Assembly: GCA_965228475.1 (NCBI GenBank)
Contig: OZ245817.1
Location: 4,160,001 to 4,224,000 of the forward strand
Origin: Myxococcota bacterium
Lineage (GTDB): Bacteria > Myxococcota_A > UBA9160 > JAFDDA01
DNA length: 64,000 nucleotides
Direction of reading: 5' to 3'
In this document: positions 18,260 to 26,358 of the stretch, piece by piece
Layout of the letters: every line of letters starts with the position of its first letter
Numbering within the stretch: the stretch's first letter is position 1
Program-made: the position numbers and the translations under genes
The notes under the pieces: generated by a model
What the model was told of the DNA's origin: nothing
The model's database searches: none
Seen by the model: the letters and a program-made list of their open reading frames with translations, nothing else

Positions 18260-19267
18260 CTACTCGGCGTCCCAGTCTTCGGAGTCCGGGAGGCTCACGC
18301 GGGCGATCACCGGGAGGTGGTCGCTCGCCATGCGCGAGGCTTCCGTGTCGTGGGCCCAGACCTTGGCGACGTGGGCGCCGCGGGCGTAGATGCGGTCGAG
18401 CGCGAGGACGGGCTTCGCGGAAGGAAAGGACGACGGCCACTTCAGGTTGTCGTGCATGTGGAGCTCTTCGTCGAGCTCGCGCGTGGCCGGGCAGCGGCGC
18501 CAGGCGTTCATGTCGCCCATCAGGATGGCCGGGCCGTTCACCGCGAGCTCCGGGTGCCGCATCAGCGAACCCACCTGGCGCTTGCGCGTGCGGTCCACCA
18601 GGGAGAGGTGCGTCGCGATCACGGCGAAGCGCCCCATCTGGCCGGTGAACCGGGCCGCCAGCGCGGAGCGCTTCTCGATGCGCGAGTGCGAGATGTCGAG
18701 GGTGCTCGCGCTCTGGATGGGCCAGCGCGAGAGGATCGCGTTGCCGAGCTGGCCGCGCTTGTGCTCGCGCGCCGCGGCGAAGGCCACGTGCAGGCCGAGC
18801 CGGTCCGCGATGTCCTCGAGCACGCCGGGCTCGTCCCGCGGCCGGAGGACTTCCTGGAGTGCGATCACGTCGGCGCCGAGCTCGGAGAGCACGAACTCCG
18901 CGTGGGAAGCGTCGGGCGTTCGCCGGCCGTTCCGGCCGGTCCACCGGTGAACGTTGTAGGTGGCGACGGTGAGTTCGCTCGGCACGACCAGGGGTGTCTC
19001 CACGGGGGTCATCGGCACCCGCGGCGCGTGGACCAAGCACAAATAGGAGTGGCTCGGGCCCGCGGCGCGCTTGGCGCTGCGGAAGCTCAGGTTGCGGCGT
19101 TTTTTGCCTGTGCTCGAACCGGTAGTCACGCCCCGTTTGGACGCAGTTTCCCCGGAAGAGGTTCGCGACGATCGGGTCTCGAGCCCGGCCCCCGGCCCGC
19201 GTTCGGATTCGGGATCGGGGTCCGCTGCTTCGGGTTTGCGAGCCGTGCGCTTTTTCCGCAGAGCCAC
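18260..19267 (-). CDS. Endonuclease/exonuclease/phosphatase (EEP, YbhP-like) with basic N-terminal extension
   Basis: ATYNVH, IALQEV, GNAILSR, THLSL, GDMN, LDRIY, SDHLP. GTG 19267 has an AGGAGG RBS; alternative ATG at 19012. Confidence 0.85.
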   Translation of the reverse strand: MALRKKRTARKPEAADPDPESERGPGAGLETRSSRTSSGETASKRGVTTGSSTGKKRRNLSFRSAKRAAGPSHSYLCLVHAPRVPMTPVETPLVVPSELTVATYNVHRWTGRNGRRTPDASHAEFVLSELGADVIALQEVLRPRDEPGVLEDIADRLGLHVAFAAAREHKRGQLGNAILSRWPIQSASTLDISHSRIEKRSALAARFTGQMGRFAVIATHLSLVDRTRKRQVGSLMRHPELAVNGPAILMGDMNAWRRCPATRELDEELHMHDNLKWPSSFPSAKPVLALDRIYARGAHVAKVWAHDTEASRMASDHLPVIARVSLPDSEDWDAE

Positions 19268-19436
19268 CGGGGCGCCTCCTGGGGCGAGTGAGGAGGATAG
19301 CCCACAGCCTTCCCGCAGACGCATGAATTCAAAGCGGAAAGTCGTTGGCAATCGCGTGGCGAAACACCCTCCCGGCGCGGCGATTCCACGCTTGGGCCCA
19401 AGCGCCTGCCACGGCTTGCCGATACGCTTTCCCGCC

Positions 19437-20819
19437 ATGGCGAAACGAGGAAGAAGCCCGCTCGAGGCCCTGACCGACGCGCCCGCCGTCCGCGAAGCGG
19501 CGGCCGCACTGGTGAAGGCCGTGCAGGACGAATGGCACGGTCGCGCCCTCGAAGCGCGCAGCTACGACCGGGCGATCCGCGAGCTCGAGCGGCGGCGCGG
19601 GCGGCCCCTCGCCTTCCCCATGCTGACGGCCGGCCCGGGCCGCGGCGCCCGCATCACCCTCGCCGACGGCACCCACAAGCTCGACTTCGTCGGTGGGATC
19701 GGCGTCTACGGCTTCGGGCACTCGGACCCGGACCTGCTCGAGACCGCCGTCGCGGCCGCGGCCGTCGACACCGTCTTCCAGGGCCATCTGGCGCCCGGCC
19801 CGGAGTATCTGCGCCTGACCCGCGCCCTGCTCAAACATGCCGGAGCCTCGATCAAGCACGCCTGGCTCTCGGTCTCGGGCGCCATCGCCAACGAGAACGC
19901 CCTGAAGATGATCCTGCAGAAGCACGCCCCGGCGGACCACATCGTGGTCTTCGACGGCGCCTTCGCGGGGCGGACCCTGGCGCTCTCGGAGCTGACGGAC
20001 CGGCCGGCCTTCCGCGAGGGGATGCCGCTGCGCGGGAACGTCCTCCACGTCCCCTTCTACGACCCGGACGACGGCGATGCCTCGACCGAGCGGGCCGTCG
20101 CGGCCCTCGACCGGCACCTCGCGCGCCACCCGGGCCGCATCGCGGGGATCCTCTTCGAGCTGATCCAGGGGGAAGGCGGCATCCGCCCGGCCCCGCGTAG
20201 CTTCTTCACCGCGCTGATGGAGCGCTGCCGCGAGGCCGATCTCGCCATCTGGGTCGACGAGGTGCAGACCTTCGGCCGGACCCCGGGCCTCTTCGCCTTC
20301 CGCACGCTCGAGCTCGACGAGTACGTCGACCTCGTCACCGTCGGCAAGATGCTCCAGGGCAGCGCCGTGCTCTTCCGCAAGAAGTACAACCCGAAGCCCG
20401 GCCTCGTGGCCGGAACCTACGCCGGGTCCACCACGGGCATGGCGGTCGGCGCCCGCGTGATCGAGCGCATGGAAGAGGAAGGCTACCTCGGGGAGGAAGG
20501 CCGCATCGCCGTGCTCGGACGGCGCGTCGAGCGGCGCTTCGAGATCCTGCGCGAGCGGCTGCCGCGAGCCGTCGGCCCGAACGCCGGCATCGGCGCCATG
20601 CACGGCTTCGTGCCCTTCGACGGGAGCGCCGAGGTCGTGCGCGACGTGCTGCAGACCGCCTTCGAAGAGGGCCTCCTGGTCTTCGCCGCCGGCGCCAACC
20701 CGGGGCGCGTGCGCATGCTGCTCCCGGTGAACGTCACCGACGAAGAGCTCGAGGCGGCCTTCACCGTGCTCGAGAAGACGCTGACCCGCGTCGCGGAGGC
20801 CCGGGAGCTCCCGTGCTAG
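19437..20819 (+). CDS. astC: Class III PLP aminotransferase, succinylornithine transaminase-like
   Basis: SGAIANENALK, ELIQGEGG, DEVQT, VGK. Coupled to astA; the symbol rests on gene context. Confidence 0.7.
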   Translation: MAKRGRSPLEALTDAPAVREAAAALVKAVQDEWHGRALEARSYDRAIRELERRRGRPLAFPMLTAGPGRGARITLADGTHKLDFVGGIGVYGFGHSDPDLLETAVAAAAVDTVFQGHLAPGPEYLRLTRALLKHAGASIKHAWLSVSGAIANENALKMILQKHAPADHIVVFDGAFAGRTLALSELTDRPAFREGMPLRGNVLHVPFYDPDDGDASTERAVAALDRHLARHPGRIAGILFELIQGEGGIRPAPRSFFTALMERCREADLAIWVDEVQTFGRTPGLFAFRTLELDEYVDLVTVGKMLQGSAVLFRKKYNPKPGLVAGTYAGSTTGMAVGARVIERMEEEGYLGEEGRIAVLGRRVERRFEILRERLPRAVGPNAGIGAMHGFVPFDGSAEVVRDVLQTAFEEGLLVFAAGANPGRVRMLLPVNVTDEELEAAFTVLEKTLTRVAEARELPC

Positions 20820-21829
20820 TCCTGCGGCCGGTGCGCAGCGCCGACCTCGACGACATCGTCGCCCTCGCCGAGGGCCTCGACTCGGTCAATCTCCCGAAGG
20901 ACCCGGGCTTCATCGCCGGGCGGATCGCCGCCTCGGTGCGCTCCTTCGGCGGCGGCCTCGAAGACTGGCGCGACGGCGTCTACATGTTCGCGCTCGAAGA
21001 CACCGAGGCGCGCCGCTGCGTCGGGACGTCGATGATCCTCGCCAAGGTCGGCCGTCCGGGCGAACCCTACTACTGGCTCGAAGTGACGACGGAGGAGCGC
21101 CGCAGCGTCGAGCTCGACAAACGCTTCGAGCACAAGCGGCTGCAGCTGCGCAGCACCGAAGACGGGCCGACCGAGATCGGCGGCCTGATCCTCGACCCGG
21201 CCTACCGCGGCCACGCGGAGAAGTGCGGCAAGGCGCTCTCGATCGTGCGCTTCGCCTACATCGCGGCACACCCGGACCGCTTCGAGCGCGACGTCATCGC
21301 CGAGATGCTCTCGCTCTTCGCGGCGCCCGGGAAGAACCGCCTCTGGGACGCCTTCGGCAAGCGCTTCACCGGCCTCCCCTACCGCGAGGCCGACCAGCTC
21401 TCCGCGCAGAACCGCCGCTTCATCGCGGATCTCTTCCCGCGCGAACCCGTCTACGCGACGCTCTTTCCCGAGGACGTACGCGCCGAGATCGGCCAGGCCC
21501 AGGCGAAAGCCGCCATCCGCATCCTCGAGCGCGTCGGCTTCCACGACCTCGGGCAGGTCGACCCCTTCGACGGCGGCCCCTACTACGGCGCCGCGCGCAA
21601 CGCGATCCGCTCGGTGCGCGAGCGGCGTGAGCTCGTACTTCCGGCCGTGCCGCGGGAGCCCGAAGACTGCGAAGGGCCGCTGGCGCTCGTCTCCGCCGAG
21701 GGCCTCGAAGGCTTCCGGGCCACGGTGGCGCCCCTCGAGTACGACGGCTCGCCCTCCGTTCCGAAGGAAATGCGCGACCGGCTCGGCGTCGCCGCCGGCG
21801 ATCGCGTCGCCGTGACGCCGCTTCCGTGA
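20813..21829 (+). CDS. astA: Arginine N-succinyltransferase
   Basis: MLVLRPV...NLP, YMFALED, TEIGGLILDPAYR, IAEM, DPFDGGP. Confidence 0.9.
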   Translation: MLVLRPVRSADLDDIVALAEGLDSVNLPKDPGFIAGRIAASVRSFGGGLEDWRDGVYMFALEDTEARRCVGTSMILAKVGRPGEPYYWLEVTTEERRSVELDKRFEHKRLQLRSTEDGPTEIGGLILDPAYRGHAEKCGKALSIVRFAYIAAHPDRFERDVIAEMLSLFAAPGKNRLWDAFGKRFTGLPYREADQLSAQNRRFIADLFPREPVYATLFPEDVRAEIGQAQAKAAIRILERVGFHDLGQVDPFDGGPYYGAARNAIRSVRERRELVLPAVPREPEDCEGPLALVSAEGLEGFRATVAPLEYDGSPSVPKEMRDRLGVAAGDRVAVTPLP

Positions 21830-21851
21830 GTTGGAGTTGGACCCCGCTGCC

Positions 21852-23279
21852 ATGAACGACGACGTTCTCGAAAGCCGAAACCCCGCGAACCCCGATGAGG
21901 TACTCGGGACCGTTCCGATCGCCGACGCCGCGGCGGTGGCTGCCGCCGTCGGCCGCGCGCGCGGGGCCTTCCCCGCCTGGCGCGACGCCGGCTTCGACGC
22001 GCGCGCCGAGGTGATCCGCCGCTTCCAGGAGATCACCGCGGCACCCGCGCGCAAGGAGGAGCTCGCGCGGCTCATCGCCCGCGAAGCCGGCAAGGCGCTC
22101 TGGGAGGCCCGCGCGGAAGCCGCGCTCGTCCCGGCGAAGGTCGACGTCTCCCTCGGGCCGGGCATGGAACGCGTGGCCGAGCGTGACATCGGCGGCGGCG
22201 CGCGCGCGACCTACTTCCCGCGCGGCACCCTGGCGGTCTTCGGCCCCTTCAACTTCCCGGCGCACCTCCCGAACGGACACATCGTTCCGGCGCTGGCCTG
22301 CGGCAACACCGTCGTCTTCAAGCCGAGCGAGCAGACACCGCTCGTCGGCGAGTGGATGCTCGAGCGCTGGCAGGAAGCCGGCTTGCCCGAGGGCGTGATC
22401 TCGATCGTCCACGGCGGTGCCGAGACCGGGCGCCGCCTCGCGAGCTACCGCGCCATCGACGGCATCCTCTTCACGGGCTCCTACGGCGTCGGCCGCTCGA
22501 TCCAGGAGGCGAACCTCGACCAGCCCGGGAAGATCCTCGCCCTCGAGATGGGCGGGAAGAACGCCATCGTCGTGCTCGCGGACGCGGACTTCGAGCTGGC
22601 CGTCGCGCAAACGGCGCTTTCGATCGCCGCGACGACCGGCCAGCGCTGCACCTGCGCGAGCCGCATCTTCGTCGAAGCCGGCCTCTACGACGACTTCGTC
22701 GAGCACCTGACGGAGACGCTCGGTTCCCTCGTGATCGGCGACCCGCTCGCGGAGGGCACCTTCATGGGCCCCCTGATCAACCAGGACGCCTACGACCGCG
22801 TCGAGAAGGTCCGCGCCACGGCGCGCGAGGCCGGCGGCGAACGCATCGACCTGCGCGTGGACCTCCCGGCACCGTTCGTCGGCCCGGGCCTCGTCCGCTT
22901 CCCGGAGGTCCGGCAGAGCCACCCCTACCAGCGCGACGAACTCTTCGCGCCGGAAGCCGCGATCTATCCCGTTTCGGACCCGGAAGCGGCCATCACCGCC
23001 GTGAACGATTCGGACTACGGCCTCGCCGCCGCCCTCTTCACGCGGGACCGCGAACGTTACGAGCGCTGCATCGGCCGGATCCGCACGGGCATCCTCAACT
23101 GGAACCACGGCACCATCGGCGCGAGCGGAAAGCTCCCCTTCGGCGGCATCGCGAAGAGCGGCAACGACCGCCCCGCCGGCGTGGAGGCCAGCGTCTACTG
23201 CACCGTCGCCCAGGCCCACCTGGAAAGCGACGCGCCCTTCGACCCGAGCACCCTGCCCCCGGGATTCCCGAAGCCATGA
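21852..23279 (+). CDS. astD: Succinylglutamate-semialdehyde dehydrogenase
   Basis: FGPFNFPAHLPNGHIVPAL, ILALEMGG, GQRCTCA, GASGKLPFGG..SGN.RP are AstD signatures. Confidence 0.9.
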   Translation: MNDDVLESRNPANPDEVLGTVPIADAAAVAAAVGRARGAFPAWRDAGFDARAEVIRRFQEITAAPARKEELARLIAREAGKALWEARAEAALVPAKVDVSLGPGMERVAERDIGGGARATYFPRGTLAVFGPFNFPAHLPNGHIVPALACGNTVVFKPSEQTPLVGEWMLERWQEAGLPEGVISIVHGGAETGRRLASYRAIDGILFTGSYGVGRSIQEANLDQPGKILALEMGGKNAIVVLADADFELAVAQTALSIAATTGQRCTCASRIFVEAGLYDDFVEHLTETLGSLVIGDPLAEGTFMGPLINQDAYDRVEKVRATAREAGGERIDLRVDLPAPFVGPGLVRFPEVRQSHPYQRDELFAPEAAIYPVSDPEAAITAVNDSDYGLAAALFTRDRERYERCIGRIRTGILNWNHGTIGASGKLPFGGIAKSGNDRPAGVEASVYCTVAQAHLESDAPFDPSTLPPGFPKP

Positions 23280-24235
23280 CGACCGAGATGAAGCGCACCG
23301 TGCTCATGGGCGATCCGAGCCACTTCAGCGTGCAGGGCGGCGCGAACCCGCACACGCGGACGCGCTGGGGCACGCGGCGGCAGGTCGACCGCGCGAAGGC
23401 CGTCCGCCAGTGGCACGAACTCAAGGCCGTGCTCGAGAATCTCGGCGTCCGCGTGATCGTCGTTCCGCCGGACCCGGCCCAGCCCGGCCTCGTCTACCCG
23501 GCGAACGCCGGCTTCCTCACCGAGGTCGACGCGCGCAAGCCGATCGCCGACAAGACCTTCTACCTCTCGAACCTCCTGCCGACCCGCGCCGGCGAGCGGC
23601 CCCACTACGAGCGTGCCGTTCGCGAGACCGGCTTCCGCATCGGCGAGATCGACGAGAAGTTCCGCTTCGAAGGCGAAGCGGATTTCTTCCCCGTCGGCGA
23701 CTTCTACCTGCTCACCTACGGCGGGCTCGAGAGGCAGCGCTTCGTCCCGGCCTTCGGCATCCCGCCCTGGAAGCGCGTCTACGGCTTCCGCACCGACGGA
23801 CGCCTGATCGCCACCCTCGGCCCGATGGTCCTGCCGCGCAAGACCCTGCGCGTCCGCCTCACCGACGAAGCCCACTACCACGGCGACACCGCCCTGTGTG
23901 CCTTCGGCCCGCGCCGCAAGCACCTGCTCGCCTACCGCGCCGGCATCGACCGCGACAGCTGGAACGTGCTCCTCGACCACCTCGCCAACGCCATGATCGA
24001 ACTCAGCGAAGAAGACGCCCGCGTCTACGCCGCGAACTCCTTCACCCTCACCGAGCCGGCCTCCGACGGCGGCGCCGACGAATCCTTCCTCGTCATGCCC
24101 GCCGGCGTCTCCGACCGCCTCCAGGACGAGATCCGCGAACGCGGCACCACCCCCATCACCGTCGACGTCTCCGAGTTCCTCAAGAAGGGCGGCGGCAGCG
24201 TGAAGTGCATGATCGGGGATCTCGGGCCGGTCTAG
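23276..24235 (+). CDS. Amidinotransferase/DDAH-like pentein hydrolase (candidate succinylarginine dihydrolase)
   Basis: VYPANAG, FEGEAD, YHGDT, C-terminal SEFLKKGGGSVKCM with catalytic Cys. ATGA overlap with astD. Confidence 0.85.
   Translation: MTTEMKRTVLMGDPSHFSVQGGANPHTRTRWGTRRQVDRAKAVRQWHELKAVLENLGVRVIVVPPDPAQPGLVYPANAGFLTEVDARKPIADKTFYLSNLLPTRAGERPHYERAVRETGFRIGEIDEKFRFEGEADFFPVGDFYLLTYGGLERQRFVPAFGIPPWKRVYGFRTDGRLIATLGPMVLPRKTLRVRLTDEAHYHGDTALCAFGPRRKHLLAYRAGIDRDSWNVLLDHLANAMIELSEEDARVYAANSFTLTEPASDGGADESFLVMPAGVSDRLQDEIRERGTTPITVDVSEFLKKGGGSVKCMIGDLGPV
24087..24195 (+). repeat. 109-bp direct repeat copy 1 (3' part of amidinotransferase gene)
   Basis: Matches 26242-26350 with 7 mismatches by manual alignment. 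Confidence 0.92.
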
Positions 24236-26112
24236 AGCGTCGACCCGCTGCCCCCGGGCCCTTTGCCACTGCGCCGTGGCGTGGAGGCCAGGCGATCCGT
24301 CGGCACTCGCTTCCCCATCCGCGCCACCTCGCGGCTCAGCGCCTCGACGACGTCGCGGCCGTGGAAGGGCTTGCCGATGAAGCCGAATCGTTCGGTGTCG
24401 AGGCGGCTCAGCGCCTCCGAGCGATCGAAACCGCTCATCACGAGGATGGCAAGATGGGGGGCGCGGATGGCCAGCTCGTCGGCCAACTCGGCGCCGTTCC
24501 CATCCGGCATGGAGAGGTCGACGAGAGCGACATCGAAGTCCCGCAACGTCGCTGGGTCGATCGCCCTCGCACTGCGGCAGCCATCTGCATCGACCACCTC
24601 ATACCCTGCATGCTGGAGAAGCTTGCGGGCCACGCGTCGAACAGCCGGCTCGTCATCCACGACCAGTACCCGCAAGCAACCGCTCGCGACGCCCTCGGCC
24701 TCCGCGTCGGTTGCCGAGACCAGTATTGCGTCGCTTGCGGGCAGAAAGAGCCGCACCGTCGTACCCACGCCCGGCTCGCTCTCCACCTCGAATCCACCGT
24801 TCTGGGCGTGGGAAAGCCCGAGGGCCGCCGCGAGCCCGAGCCCGGTGCCCGAAGCCTTCGTCGTGAAGAAGGGGTCGAACATCCTCTTGCGGGTGGCTTC
24901 GTCCATGCCGCAACCGGAGTCCCGAACCTCGATGCATGCGTATCGACCGGGCCCGGCTTGCTCCGGGAACTGCAAGCGTGCGATCTCCGCATCGTCCAGG
25001 TTCTCGGACCGGATGTCGATCGTCACCGTGCCCCGCTGGCCGGGAAGCGCGTCCGCAGCATTCTGGACCAGATTCACCACGATCTGCGCCGTCGCCGTTG
25101 GGTCGACCTCAACCGAGGGCGTATCGGGAGCCACACGGACCTCGAGCGCCGTAGTTTTGGCCAGCGACACCTCGATCAGCCGCAGAGGCTCGCGCAACAA
25201 CCCCTCCAGGCTCAAGACGCGGGGCTCGATGGGGGCCCGCCCGGAATAGGCCAGCATCTGACGGCTGAGGTGAGCCGCCAGTTCGCCCGCGGACAGAATC
25301 TCGCCGAGCGATGCTCGCACTTCCGGGTCGCGCGAGCTGAGCATCGCGAGCTCCGCGTGCCCCAGAAGCACGGTCAGGAGGTTGTTGAAGTCGTGGGCGA
25401 CGCCGCCGGCCATGACGCCGAGGCTCTCGCGGCGTTGTGCTTCCGCAAGACGCTGGTCCCGATCGCGCACCTCCTGCTCCGCGCTCTCGCGCCGGATCAA
25501 CTCCTCTTCCGCGCGAGCCAGAGCGCGGTTCGCCTCTGCGCGACGGCGCTCGGCGAGTTCGCGGAGGGCGACCAACCGGAAGACGCCCCGAAGCCGCACC
25601 TCGTGGACCGTTGCAGCGAGCAGGCACGCCAATCCCAGCATCGCGCCCCAGTGGAACCAGGCCGGATCCGGCGCCGCTGCGGCCGCTGCGAGGCTCCAAC
25701 CCGCCGCGTTCAAGCCGAGGACGGCGAACAGCCATGGACGCGAGAGCAGCAGGAGCCCCGCCGCGAGGGCCAGGATGATCATGTTCGAAGTCTGGATGGG
25801 CTGAGGCACCCAGAAGAGGTACGCGGTGGCATTGGCGACCATCGCAGTGCCGAACGCGAAGAGCGTTGGATGTGCGCGCTCGGAGCGTACGGGAGCCCGG
25901 CGAAGCAGCACCCACGCCAGACCGAACCCAACCGAGGTGACCGCTGCAAGGAGCGCGGCCTGGGGAGGCGAATACGGTTCGCCGAAGAGCCACCGACTGA
26001 GAGGGTGACAGGCAGCGAGGAACGCGTAGACGACCGAGAGCGAGGCCGCCGCGGGGACCACGGCGCGCGCCGCGAGCTTGTCGGGGCTTCCGGGCGACTT
26101 CTCGCGACCCAC
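24232..26112 (-). CDS. Membrane-bound hybrid sensor histidine kinase (HisKA-HATPase-REC)
   Basis: N-terminal TM helices, AGGVAHDFNNLL, NLVQNA, DSGCGM, FFTTK..GTGLGL, and REC VLVVDDE...DLSMP...KPF. Start is uncertain. Confidence 0.92.
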   Translation of the reverse strand: MGREKSPGSPDKLAARAVVPAAASLSVVYAFLAACHPLSRWLFGEPYSPPQAALLAAVTSVGFGLAWVLLRRAPVRSERAHPTLFAFGTAMVANATAYLFWVPQPIQTSNMIILALAAGLLLLSRPWLFAVLGLNAAGWSLAAAAAAPDPAWFHWGAMLGLACLLAATVHEVRLRGVFRLVALRELAERRRAEANRALARAEEELIRRESAEQEVRDRDQRLAEAQRRESLGVMAGGVAHDFNNLLTVLLGHAELAMLSSRDPEVRASLGEILSAGELAAHLSRQMLAYSGRAPIEPRVLSLEGLLREPLRLIEVSLAKTTALEVRVAPDTPSVEVDPTATAQIVVNLVQNAADALPGQRGTVTIDIRSENLDDAEIARLQFPEQAGPGRYACIEVRDSGCGMDEATRKRMFDPFFTTKASGTGLGLAAALGLSHAQNGGFEVESEPGVGTTVRLFLPASDAILVSATDAEAEGVASGCLRVLVVDDEPAVRRVARKLLQHAGYEVVDADGCRSARAIDPATLRDFDVALVDLSMPDGNGAELADELAIRAPHLAILVMSGFDRSEALSRLDTERFGFIGKPFHGRDVVEALSREVARMGKRVPTDRLASTPRRSGKGPGGSGSTL

Positions 26113-26241
26113 CGAGGATCCCTCCCGAAGCGAGCGTCCGCGCCGTCCTGGGGAATCTCGGCTCGCCGATCATCCCAGAGACGAATCTACCAGAATCTCA
26201 CCACCCCGAGGCGGCCTTCGGCCGCGGAATCGAGGGGACGA

Positions 26242-26350
26242 TCCTCGTCATGCCCGCCGGCGTCTCCGACCGCCTCCAGGACGAAATCCGCGAACGCAGC
26301 ACCACCCCCATCGTCGGCGACGTCTCCGAGCTCCCCAAGAAGGGCGGCGG
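26242..26350 (+). pseudogene. Degenerate duplicate of the amidinotransferase 3' segment (repeat copy 2)
   Basis: About 94% identical to 24087-24195. Weaker similarity extends about 55 bp upstream; the copy breaks before the catalytic SVKCM. Confidence 0.8.
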
Positions 26351-26358
26351 GACCGTAC

